Assembly (NCBI GenBank): GCA_963709285.1
Contig: CAVPVR010000003.1
Span: forward strand, 160,855-224,854
Origin: an uncultured delta proteobacterium
Lineage (GTDB): Bacteria; Desulfobacterota; Desulfobaccia; Desulfobaccales; 0-14-0-80-60-11
Reading direction: 5' to 3'
DNA length: 64,000 nucleotides
Part shown: positions 54,218 through 61,699 of the stretch, one piece after another
Numbering within the stretch: position 1 is the first letter of the stretch
Layout of the letters: each line of letters starts with the position of its first letter
Program-made: the position numbers and the translations under genes
The notes under the pieces: model-generated
What the model saw: only the letters and a program-made list of their open reading frames with translations
Databases searched by the model: none
What the model was told of the DNA's origin: nothing

Positions 54218-55595
54218 CACCACCCTGCTCCTGGTGCGCCTGTTCCTGGGATTGGCCTCAGTGATGCTGGTGGGCTATCTCCTGACCGCCTGGCTGGCCC
54301 CGGATTTTACGCACCTGGAGCAGACCGCCGCCGGGTTCGGCTTGGGGGCTCTGATTGTCACCCTGTGGATGCTGGCCTTGAGCGCCCTGGGGCTCCCCTT
54401 TTCCTTGCCCCTCATCTTGGGACCGCCCACGGCCCTGGTGGCGGGATTGTGGTTTGGCAAGAAAGTATTTGGGAGAGGGAGCCAGGATTCCCAGACCCCT
54501 GCCCCTCTCTCCAAACCCTTCCCCCCAACCCCGTACGGGTTTTGGGACTTGATATTCATAAGCCTGCTTGGGGCCCTTTTCCTTTTCGTCACCTTACGGG
54601 CGGTGCTCTACCCCATGTGGGCCTGGGACTCCATCGCCACCTGGGGCTTCAAGGCCAAGGTACTATACTTGCGGGGGACCATTGACCTGAGTGGGTTCGA
54701 GGCCCACAACTACTACCCCAACCTGGTGTCCCTGCTCCTCACCTATTTGTATTTCTGGCTGGGCCAGGTAAACGATCATCTGGTCAAGCTGGTCTTTCCC
54801 TTGTGGGGCGGAGTCCTCCTGATGATGCTAGGCGGGATGCTCCGGCGCCTCGGCCTCAACCGCACCCAGGCCCTGGGCACGATCACCTTTTTTGCTGTGA
54901 ATGGCATCACTTTCATTACGCACCTGCACATCGCCTACGCTGACCTGGCCCTGACCTATTTCACCCTGGGGGCCGCGGGCCTCATCTATCTCTGGCTCAC
55001 CGGGACCGCCCCTCCCCGCACCCTGCCCCTGGCCGCCCTTTTTTTTGCCGGCATGACCTGGTGCAAATTCGAGGGGGCGCCCCTGGCCGGTACCATCCTT
55101 CTGGCTGCCGGCCTCACCCTCATCTGGCTGAGGCCGCCCCACCTGGCCCGCCGCCTCGGTTCCCTGGCCTGGCCTTTCCTTGGATTGTTTCTGGGTTACC
55201 TGCCCTGGCGACTTTTTATGGCCTCTCAGGGGATCGAGACCGGCTCCGACCATATCCTGGGGTTTTACCCTCAGCAACTGTTCCAGGCTGTCCCGGCGTT
55301 ACTGATTGCCCTAATAAACCCCATGCTCTTCGGAATCCTGTGGCCGGCGGCGGCCCTGGCCCTGATTTTCTCCGGAAAAAAGATGGTCACTACACCCCGC
55401 CTTTTCTTAGCCCTCTTCCTGGCTGGCAATTTCCTGGCCATCCTGCTGGCTTACGCCGTGGCCCCTACTTCCCCCTCCGAGTTCCAGATGTACCTCCGGG
55501 CCACCCTGGACCGGTTGCTGCTCCACCTGACTCCTGTGGCCGCTTTGCTGATGGGTGAGGGGTTGAAAGATGTGGAGGGAGGGCCAGTGACCTGA
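54210..55595 (+). CDS. Polytopic membrane protein, probable GT-C-type glycosyltransferase (ArnT/PMT-like by context)
   Basis: The 461-aa ORF has about 11-12 hydrophobic segments. It follows a GT2 polyprenyl-phosphate sugar synthase-like gene. The function is inferred from this pairing only. Confidence 0.6.
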   Translation: MIDTTLLLVRLFLGLASVMLVGYLLTAWLAPDFTHLEQTAAGFGLGALIVTLWMLALSALGLPFSLPLILGPPTALVAGLWFGKKVFGRGSQDSQTPAPLSKPFPPTPYGFWDLIFISLLGALFLFVTLRAVLYPMWAWDSIATWGFKAKVLYLRGTIDLSGFEAHNYYPNLVSLLLTYLYFWLGQVNDHLVKLVFPLWGGVLLMMLGGMLRRLGLNRTQALGTITFFAVNGITFITHLHIAYADLALTYFTLGAAGLIYLWLTGTAPPRTLPLAALFFAGMTWCKFEGAPLAGTILLAAGLTLIWLRPPHLARRLGSLAWPFLGLFLGYLPWRLFMASQGIETGSDHILGFYPQQLFQAVPALLIALINPMLFGILWPAAALALIFSGKKMVTTPRLFLALFLAGNFLAILLAYAVAPTSPSEFQMYLRATLDRLLLHLTPVAALLMGEGLKDVEGGPVT

Positions 55596-55615
55596 GGCCC
55601 CTGCCCTCCCAACCC

Positions 55616-55640
55616 GGTTCAAAGTTCAAGGTTCAAGGTT
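55616..55640 (+). repeat. Single-arm heptamer repeat (GTTCAAA/GTTCAAG x3.5)
   Basis: GGTTCAAAGTTCAAGGTTCAAGGTT starts 21 nt after the stop at 55595. It uses the same unit as the minus-strand reading of 7207-7240 (GTTCAAAGTTCAAGGTTCAAAGTG). I found no complementary arm nearby. Confidence 0.7.
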
Positions 55641-55762
55641 AGATGTATAATGCGGTCCACCAAGCAAAATTGCTTCCCGTATGGTCAGAAGATTGCAAAT
55701 TAACAGGGGCAGAGGGGACTTTCCGTCCCGTCTGCCCCTGATGAAAAGAAACTTATGGGATT

Positions 55763-55796
55763 GGGGGGTGGGGGGGTGGGGGTGTGGGGGAGGGGG
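55763..55796 (+). other. G-quadruplex-capable tract: five G-runs of 5-7 nt with 1-3 nt loops
   Basis: The tract reads GGGGGG T GGGGGGG T GGGGG TGT GGGGG A GGGGG. Its last two runs are also the 5' half of the adjacent hairpin. Confidence 0.6.
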
Positions 55797-55828
55797 CTAA
55801 GGGTCTGCGACCCTTAGCCCCCTCCCCC
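55786..55828. terminator. Perfect 20-bp GC-rich hairpin (3-nt loop) between convergent genes; probable fdhA terminator or stabiliser
   Basis: GGGGGAGGGGGCTAAGGGTC-tgc-GACCCTTAGCCCCCTCCCCC starts 9 nt beyond the fdhA stop (55837-55839). No U-tract follows on either strand, so it is not a canonical intrinsic terminator. Confidence 0.5.
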
Positions 55829-55836
55829 ACTTCACC

Positions 55837-57878
55837 TCACGCCGCCAGTTTTTCCACCCTGACGGCGCAGGCTTTGAATTCAGGAATCTTGGCAGTCGGG
55901 TCGAAAGCCGGGTTGGTGAGCATGTTGGCCGCACTTTCGACGAAGTGAAAGGGGATGAAGACCACTCCCCGGTCCACGGTATTCTTGACTTTCGCCTTGA
56001 TCTGGATGGAGCCCCGCCGAGAGCTCACCTGCACCCGCTCCCCGTCCTTGATCTTCATGCTTCTGGCGTCGGTGGGGTTGATCTCCATGTAGCCCTCTTC
56101 CTGTTCATGATGCAGGCTGGGAGAGATCCGGGTCATGGTACCGGTATGGTAGTGCACAAAGGAGCGGCCGGTGGTGAGCCACAGGGGATACTCCTGGTCC
56201 ACCACCTCGGCCGGCGGCTTGAAGTCGATGGCTGCGAAAGCCCCCTTGCCCCGGGTGAAGCGGTCTTTGTGCAGGAATTGGGTGCCCGGGTGGTCTTCCG
56301 TGGGGCAGGGCCATTGCAGCCCTTTTTCGGCAAGCCGCTCGTAGGTTATACCCGCATAGCTCGGGGTTAGTTGGCGAATCTCCTGGAAAACTTCCTCCGG
56401 GGAGTTGTAATTCATAGGGTAACCCAGCCGGTTGGACAGGTCCTGGACAATCTCCCAGTCAGGCCGGGATTCGCCCTTGGGCGGGATGGCCTCCCGCACC
56501 AACAGCACCCGGCGCTCGGTATTGGAGAAAGTGCCGCTTTTCTCGGCAAAGGAGGTGCCGGGCAGGACGATGTGGGCCATCTTCGCCGTGGGGGTCAGGA
56601 AAATGTCCTGAACCATGAGAAGGTCCAGTTTTTTAAGGGCATTTTCCACATGGTGTATATCGGGGTCGCTGACCATGGGGTTTTCCCCCACCACATAGAG
56701 GGCCTTGAGTTTCCCTTCTTCCATGGCCGGCATCATGTCCGTAATGGTCATGCCCGGCTTTTTGGGGAGATCCTTCCCCCAGGCCTTGGAAAATTTTTCG
56801 TTGGCCACTTCGTCGGCCACCGGCTGGTAACCGGAAAAGACGTTGGGGAGTCCGCCCATATCGCAGGCGCCCTGCACGTTGTTCTGGCCCCGGAGGGGAT
56901 TAACGCCGCCGCCCAAAACCCCGACGTTGCCGGTGAGCATGGCCAGGTTGGCCAGGGACTTAACGTTGTCCACCCCGGTGGTGTGCTGGGTGATGCCCAT
57001 GCAGTAGACAATGGAGGCGGGCTTGGACTTGGCGTACATTTCTGCCATGGCCCGCAGGGTCTCCGGCGCAATGCCGGTAATCTCGGCGACTTTATCAGGG
57101 GGGTATTCTTCGAGTTTAGCGGCCAATTCCGCAAAACCCTCGGTGCGTTCGTCGATATATTCCTGGTCCTGCCAGCCTTCTTTCAAAATGATGTGCATCA
57201 GGCCATTGATCAGGGCCACGTCGGTGCCCAGGCGCTGCTGCACCGCCAGGTCGGCCAGTTCCGCCATCTGGATGTGCCGGGGATCGGCCACCATGAGCTT
57301 CGTCCCGCCGGCCTTGGCTCGAAAGATCCACTTGGCGGCAATGGGGTGGTTTTCCGTGGTGTTGGACCCGATGATAAAGATGCACTGGGCTTCGGTCGAT
57401 CTCCGGCAGGGAGTTGGTCATTGCTCCAGAACCAAAGGCCGCGGCCAGACCGACCACGGTGGAACTGTGTCAGAGCCGGGCGCAGTGGTCGATGTTATTG
57501 GTGCCGATGGCCGCCCGGGAAAACTTGTTCAACAAAAAGTTCTCTTCGTTGGTGACCTTGGCGGAGGCCAGGATCCGCCACGGCGTCGGGGCCGTGGGTG
57601 TCGATGACTTTTTTCAGCCCCTGAGCTGCGGCGTCCAGGGCCTCATCCCAACTGGCCACCTTCAGTTTGCCATCTTGGCGCAGAAGAGGTTTGGTCAGCC
57701 GGCGTTCGCTTTCGATGAACTCGTGAATATTCCAGCCCTTGATGCAGAGGCTGCCTTCACTCACCGGATGAGTTTTCACCGGCAGGGTGCCCACCACTTC
57801 GTCGTCCAGCACCTCCAGTAGCATGCCGCAACCGCAACCGCAGTAGGAACAGGTAGTATATACGGTGCGAAAATCCAT
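55837..57878 (-). pseudogene. fdhA: Formate dehydrogenase catalytic subunit (FdhF/FdhA-like molybdopterin enzyme) with in-frame UGA selenocysteine; two single-nt frameshifts as assembled
   Basis: The N-terminus MDFRTVYTTCSYCGCGCGML… carries a 4Fe-4S Cys motif. The minus strand reads GCC CGG CTC TGA CAC AGT TCC ACC GTG GTC GGT CTG, which translates as ARL-U-HSSTVVGL, with the TGA at 57472-57470. Frame changes lie near 57574-57578 ([17 protein letters not shown]) and near 57390 (EIDR/AQCIFIIGSNTTENHP). The pieces are track ORFs 57495..57878, 57116..57457 and 55837..57294. The span is 2042 nt, which equals 680 codons plus 2 nt. Confidence 0.9.
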
Positions 57879-58064
57879 GGATTGCTCCTAACCTGTTTTA
57901 TTAATTGACAAATATATCATTCTGATTCATCAATTGTTCATATTATCACAAATCCTAGCCTAGTCAAGGCGAAAAGCAGAAAGGGCTGCCGTCATCAAAC
58001 GCTTCTACCGGCTTAAGCAATAAGCTCAGGTTTTCTGCCGGAATATGAAAAATAAGGGGGCAAG

Positions 58065-58087
58065 AAAAAAGGTGGGCCGGGCCCACC
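58065..58087 (-). terminator. Second (distal) intrinsic terminator downstream of ctc
   Basis: The minus-strand RNA reads GGUGGGC-CCG-GCCCACC followed by U6 (plus-strand A-run 58065-58070). Confidence 0.55.
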
Positions 58088-58126
58088 CCTGGGAATGTTT
58101 GTGTCCTGAATGAGACTCAAATCCGG

Positions 58127-58152
58127 AAAAAGGCGGTGCGTGAGGCACCGCC
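58127..58152 (-). terminator. Intrinsic terminator about 30 nt downstream of ctc
   Basis: The minus-strand RNA reads GGCGGUGC-CUCAC-GCACCGCC, a perfect 8-bp stem, followed by U5 (plus-strand A-run 58127-58131). Confidence 0.7.
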
Positions 58153-58182
58153 ATTGGTTGATATCTGGAAGAAGGTCGCCCT

Positions 58183-58830
58183 TTACTCTTCGGGAGCTTC
58201 CTCCTCCTGCTCGCCTTTTTCGGCCTCCTCGAGTTCCTCGACCTCTTCCTCCGGGGCAACCTCGACTATCTCTTCGACTTTGGCGGCCATGGCGGACACG
58301 ATCACTTCATCCGGATTGGTCAGAATTTCCACTTTGCCTGGTAAACTGATATCCCGGATATGGATGCTGTCGCCCGGTTCAGCCAGACCGGAGATATCCA
58401 CCACGAGGCGCTCCGGCAGATCCTGGGGCAAACACTCCACCTCCAGCTCAGTCAAGCTGGTGACGATCACGGCGTTGAATTCTTTCACCGCCGGCGCGGT
58501 GCCGCTCAACTCGATGGCGACCCTGGCGTGGGTCTTTTCCGTCAGCGACAGGGCCTGGAAGTCCAGGTGCAAAAGCTGGTTTTTAATGGGATGGCTCTGC
58601 TTCTCCCGCACCAGCGTGGGATATTCCTTCCCATCCAGGCTGATGGTCACCAGGCTGGAGGAGGTTAGGCGGGACAACGTTAGTGAGGTTTCGTGGGCGT
58701 CCAGCATGATAGGGGTGGAATCAATACGGTGGCCGTAAAGCACCGCGGGAAGTTTCCCCGCCCGGCGCAGAGCGCCAACCTGTTTGCCAAGCACAGTGCG
58801 TTTGGTAGCTTTCAGAACAACTTTTTCCAA
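58183..58830 (-). CDS. ctc: 50S ribosomal protein L25 / general stress protein Ctc (long form with acidic tail)
   Basis: The ORF has a TTG start after AAGGAG. It reads KATKRTVLGKQVGALRRAGKLPAVLYGH…HPIKNQLLHLDF…. The acidic C-terminus is …EEEVEELEEAEKGEQEEEAPEE. Confidence 0.9.
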   Translation of the reverse strand: MEKVVLKATKRTVLGKQVGALRRAGKLPAVLYGHRIDSTPIMLDAHETSLTLSRLTSSSLVTISLDGKEYPTLVREKQSHPIKNQLLHLDFQALSLTEKTHARVAIELSGTAPAVKEFNAVIVTSLTELEVECLPQDLPERLVVDISGLAEPGDSIHIRDISLPGKVEILTNPDEVIVSAMAAKVEEIVEVAPEEEVEELEEAEKGEQEEEAPEE

Positions 58831-58871
58831 GATGCAGTAACTCCTTGAGGTTTTTTTTCAGAGAATAACAT

Positions 58872-59146
58872 AACCTGGCCGTGCACCCTCTTTCGGGTCC
58901 GCCTCAGGCAGGTAGGCTAACCAGGGGGTGAAGGATTAGCAGCCGCCACGACACAGCCAGCCAGGCTTACCGCTGCTTCCTTCCGGACCTGACGGGGTTC
59001 ACCAGCGTCTGTTGCGTGGGAGCCAATCCGCCCTCCTGGCCGCTGTCCCTGACTGCGCCGCAACCCTCAGTGAGGGAGTTCAACCCCGCGTAAGCGGTTT
59101 TCGGGCTACAGGGCACCGCTAGCTCCCCGTCTAGCACGACCAGGTT
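58872..59146 (-). ncRNA. ffs: Signal recognition particle RNA, long (Alu-domain-containing, Bacillus-type) form
   Basis: The minus strand contains the domain IV core GUCAGGUCCGGAAGGAAGCAGC (about 58980-58959). It also has an Alu-domain-like 5' region, CGUGCUAGACGGGGAGCUAGCGGUGCCCUGUAGCC, close to B. subtilis scRNA GUGCUAGAUGGGGAGGUAGCGGUGCCCUGUACC as I recall it. The 5' AACCUGGUCGUGC pairs with the 3' GCACGGCCAGGUU. The ends are approximate to within a few nt. Confidence 0.85.
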
Positions 59147-59156
59147 TGGTGCTGTG

Positions 59157-59432
59157 TCAGTTATCCACCAACTCTCCCAGCTCTTTGCCGACCTTGAAGA
59201 AGGGGAGCTTTTTCCCCCCTACTTCAATGATGTCCCCGGTCTTGGGGTTCCTCCCCTTGTAGCCGTTGTAAAACTTGACCTTGAAGCTGCCGAAGCCCCG
59301 GATCTCAATGCGCTCGTTTTTAACCAAGGCCTCTGCCATGTTCTCAAAGATGGCGTTCACCACCATTTCCGCTTTTTTTAAGGTGAGGTTTTCCTCTTTG
59401 GCCAGGGCTTCGATGAGCTGGGATTTGTTCAT
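59157..59432 (-). CDS. ihfB: Integration host factor beta-like / HU-family DNA-binding protein
   Basis: A 91-aa ORF reading MNKSQLIEALAKEENLTLKKAEMVVNAIFENMAEAL…RIEIRGFGSFKVKFYNGYKGRNPKTGDIIEVGGKKLPFFKVGKELGELV. Confidence 0.88.
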   Translation of the reverse strand: MNKSQLIEALAKEENLTLKKAEMVVNAIFENMAEALVKNERIEIRGFGSFKVKFYNGYKGRNPKTGDIIEVGGKKLPFFKVGKELGELVDN

Positions 59433-59912
59433 AGAGCGCTTCTCCTCTTGGGGAATCAGCCAGGCGCCGCCGGTTTGGGAGCCCAGCCAGGTATGGGCTA
59501 ATTATCTGAATAATATACAAAAACAGATTGGTGGTAAAGAAAAAAAATGGCAAGCCGGAAAAAGAAGGGAATTGGGGGGTTCAGGCCCGCCATAGCCAAA
59601 CTGGATCATTTGTTCGCCTCGGTTTTCGCATCCCCCAATATAGCCGCCAAAACATTATGCTACCGGGTAAGTCCCCAGGCGCCGACTGGTAGCCTTGAAA
59701 ATTTCGCAGTTTTAGGTTATCTAGTCAAATCGGGGGATGGGATTATCTAGGAATTTGAGCCTCAGGTTAGGCTGAGTCGGGGGAGAAGTAAACGCAGCAG
59801 CAACGATGGATTTCGGGAAAATTAAGAAAAGAAATTATTTTCTTCTGACAAATTTTTTAACCACCATCGAGTCTTCTGCCACCCCATCTGATAGCCCAGC
59901 CTTTATTCAGCT

Positions 59913-60692
59913 TTGGCACAGAGAGTTATCAGGGAGAAAGCCCTGAAAAGTGTAAAATATGCCCCGCCCTGGGGAAGACCGTGCGGATGGCCGCCAGGAT
60001 GCATTGGAGCGGTTTTTCTCACCGCTTTGATGTTTGCTTCGTCCTTTTCCCTGGCCGGTGAGGTTCCCAGCCGGCTGGCCGCCGGGGAAATCATCTCCTT
60101 TTCTGAAAATCTGCCAGGGTCAAACGCCAAACGGGGCGAGGTTCGAGGTGTGGTTGACGCTCCTCCCGAAATGGTTTGGCAGGTAATCTCTGATGTCAAT
60201 CATTTCGAGGAATTCATGCCCCGAATTCTCAACAGCCAGGTGGTGACGCCGGAAAAGGTTCAAGAAATTCTGCAAAAAAAACCCACCAAGGCCCAAGAAG
60301 TAGGGGAAATTCTAGGTCCCACGCCACCGGATCCGGCTCTCTTTCGAGTTCCCGGCCAGAGGTACGTGGAGTATAACTATGGCCATGTGGATTTGCCCTG
60401 GCCGCTGGGCGACCGCTGGTACATCCTCAAAATGCTGCGGGACGAATCTCAAGCCGCCAAAAACCAGTATACCGCTTCCTGGTCCCTGGTAATCGGCAAT
60501 CTCCAGGAAAATCGCGGCGAGTGCCGCTTGGCACCGTTCGGTGAACAGAAAACCCTGCTTATTTATAGGCTGACCACTGATCCAGGCGGCTTTGTCCCAC
60601 CATTTGTGGTAAAGCGGGGTACTTACATAACCTTACCCAAAATTATAACCTCGGTCAGAAAACGGGTGGCCCAACTCGCCTTGAGACGATGA
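59913..60692 (+). CDS. SRPBCC (START/polyketide-cyclase-like) domain protein with signal peptide
   Basis: The signal-like segment is IGAVFLTALMFASSFSLAGE. It is followed by …GVVDAPPEMVWQVISDVNHFEEFMP… and …LTTDPGGFVPPFVVKRG. The start (TTG at 59913) is uncertain. Confidence 0.7.
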   Translation: MAQRVIREKALKSVKYAPPWGRPCGWPPGCIGAVFLTALMFASSFSLAGEVPSRLAAGEIISFSENLPGSNAKRGEVRGVVDAPPEMVWQVISDVNHFEEFMPRILNSQVVTPEKVQEILQKKPTKAQEVGEILGPTPPDPALFRVPGQRYVEYNYGHVDLPWPLGDRWYILKMLRDESQAAKNQYTASWSLVIGNLQENRGECRLAPFGEQKTLLIYRLTTDPGGFVPPFVVKRGTYITLPKIITSVRKRVAQLALRR

Positions 60693-60729
60693 AATCTTCA
60701 TACTCCACTACACGATCGGAACGACTACT

Positions 60730-61494
60730 ATGCCGGAAGCTGCTATTCAGGTACAGGAAAATCACCTCTGCGTCATCTCGGATCTGCATCTGGGAAACCC
60801 AATTTTTCGCAAGAATAACAGTCTGAGAAATTTTTTAAGATATCTCTCCAAGAATGGCACCAGTCTCTGTATTAACGGCGACGGCATGGACCTTTTGCAA
60901 TTTTCCATCCCGAAGTTTGCCAAGGATATCCTGTCAACCTTCAAAACTTTACAGGACTTTTTTCACAGCGGGACCAATGAAATCTATTATGTTCTGGGCA
61001 ACCACGATATCTTTATGAAGACCTTTCTGGAGGAATCAGGCATTTTTCCAGTGGTTTCTTCTTTGGAAGTCTTTTCTGGAGACAAACGGATTCATATCGA
61101 GCACGGCCATCTGTATGATTATGTTTTCCAAAATTATCAAAAAATATATATCAAAGTGGCTGGTTTCTTTGGAAAACTCGTGAGAATCAGTCCGGAACTG
61201 TTTCATGCCTATTTTAAAATTGAACAGCTCCTGGAATGGTTGGTTTTCGGGTTGAAAAACAAGAAATTTCAGGGATTGGCCGGTTCATCGCTGGACAGCC
61301 CCAAACATCTGCAGGTGGCCCGGGAAATTCTGTCCCGGGGCTTCGATATCGTCATCTTCGGCCATAGTCACCGCCACGGCCTGCACGTCCTGGAGGACGG
61401 CAAAATTTACGCTAACGCCGGAGCCTGGACCTCCCACCGCAGCCACTTTCTGGAAATACTGAACGGTTCTATCAGCCTGAAGGAATGGCGCTGA
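60730..61494 (+). CDS. Calcineurin-like metallophosphoesterase (LpxH-like)
   Basis: The motifs are VISDLHLG, NGDGMDL, LGNHD, EHGHLYD, FGHSHRH and NAGAW. Hand-counted GC is 40% over 60781-60880, lower than the surroundings. Confidence 0.82.
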   Translation: MPEAAIQVQENHLCVISDLHLGNPIFRKNNSLRNFLRYLSKNGTSLCINGDGMDLLQFSIPKFAKDILSTFKTLQDFFHSGTNEIYYVLGNHDIFMKTFLEESGIFPVVSSLEVFSGDKRIHIEHGHLYDYVFQNYQKIYIKVAGFFGKLVRISPELFHAYFKIEQLLEWLVFGLKNKKFQGLAGSSLDSPKHLQVAREILSRGFDIVIFGHSHRHGLHVLEDGKIYANAGAWTSHRSHFLEILNGSISLKEWR

Positions 61495-61699
61495 GACTCA
61501 ATCTTTAACCGGAGCTTGGTTCCGGTCCCCTATTCACCTTACCCCTGTTTTCACCTCACCCTGGCGCCGGGATGGCGTCATCTCCCCTGAGAAGAGGCGT
61601 TTCTTCCGCTCAAGCTCTTCAGGGATGAGGTATAATGCCAAAAAACCCCGGCATGGTCTGGACTTTGTCGGCGGACGTGTCGGTTCAAGCTGGTGGGAG

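Noticed and set aside
59433-59912. A 480-nt gene-free interval scanned for 6S RNA, tmRNA, RNase P RNA or a riboswitch.
   Set aside because: I recognised no conserved cores, only small local hairpins. It may contain promoters or an unrecognised sRNA, but I have no evidence for either.
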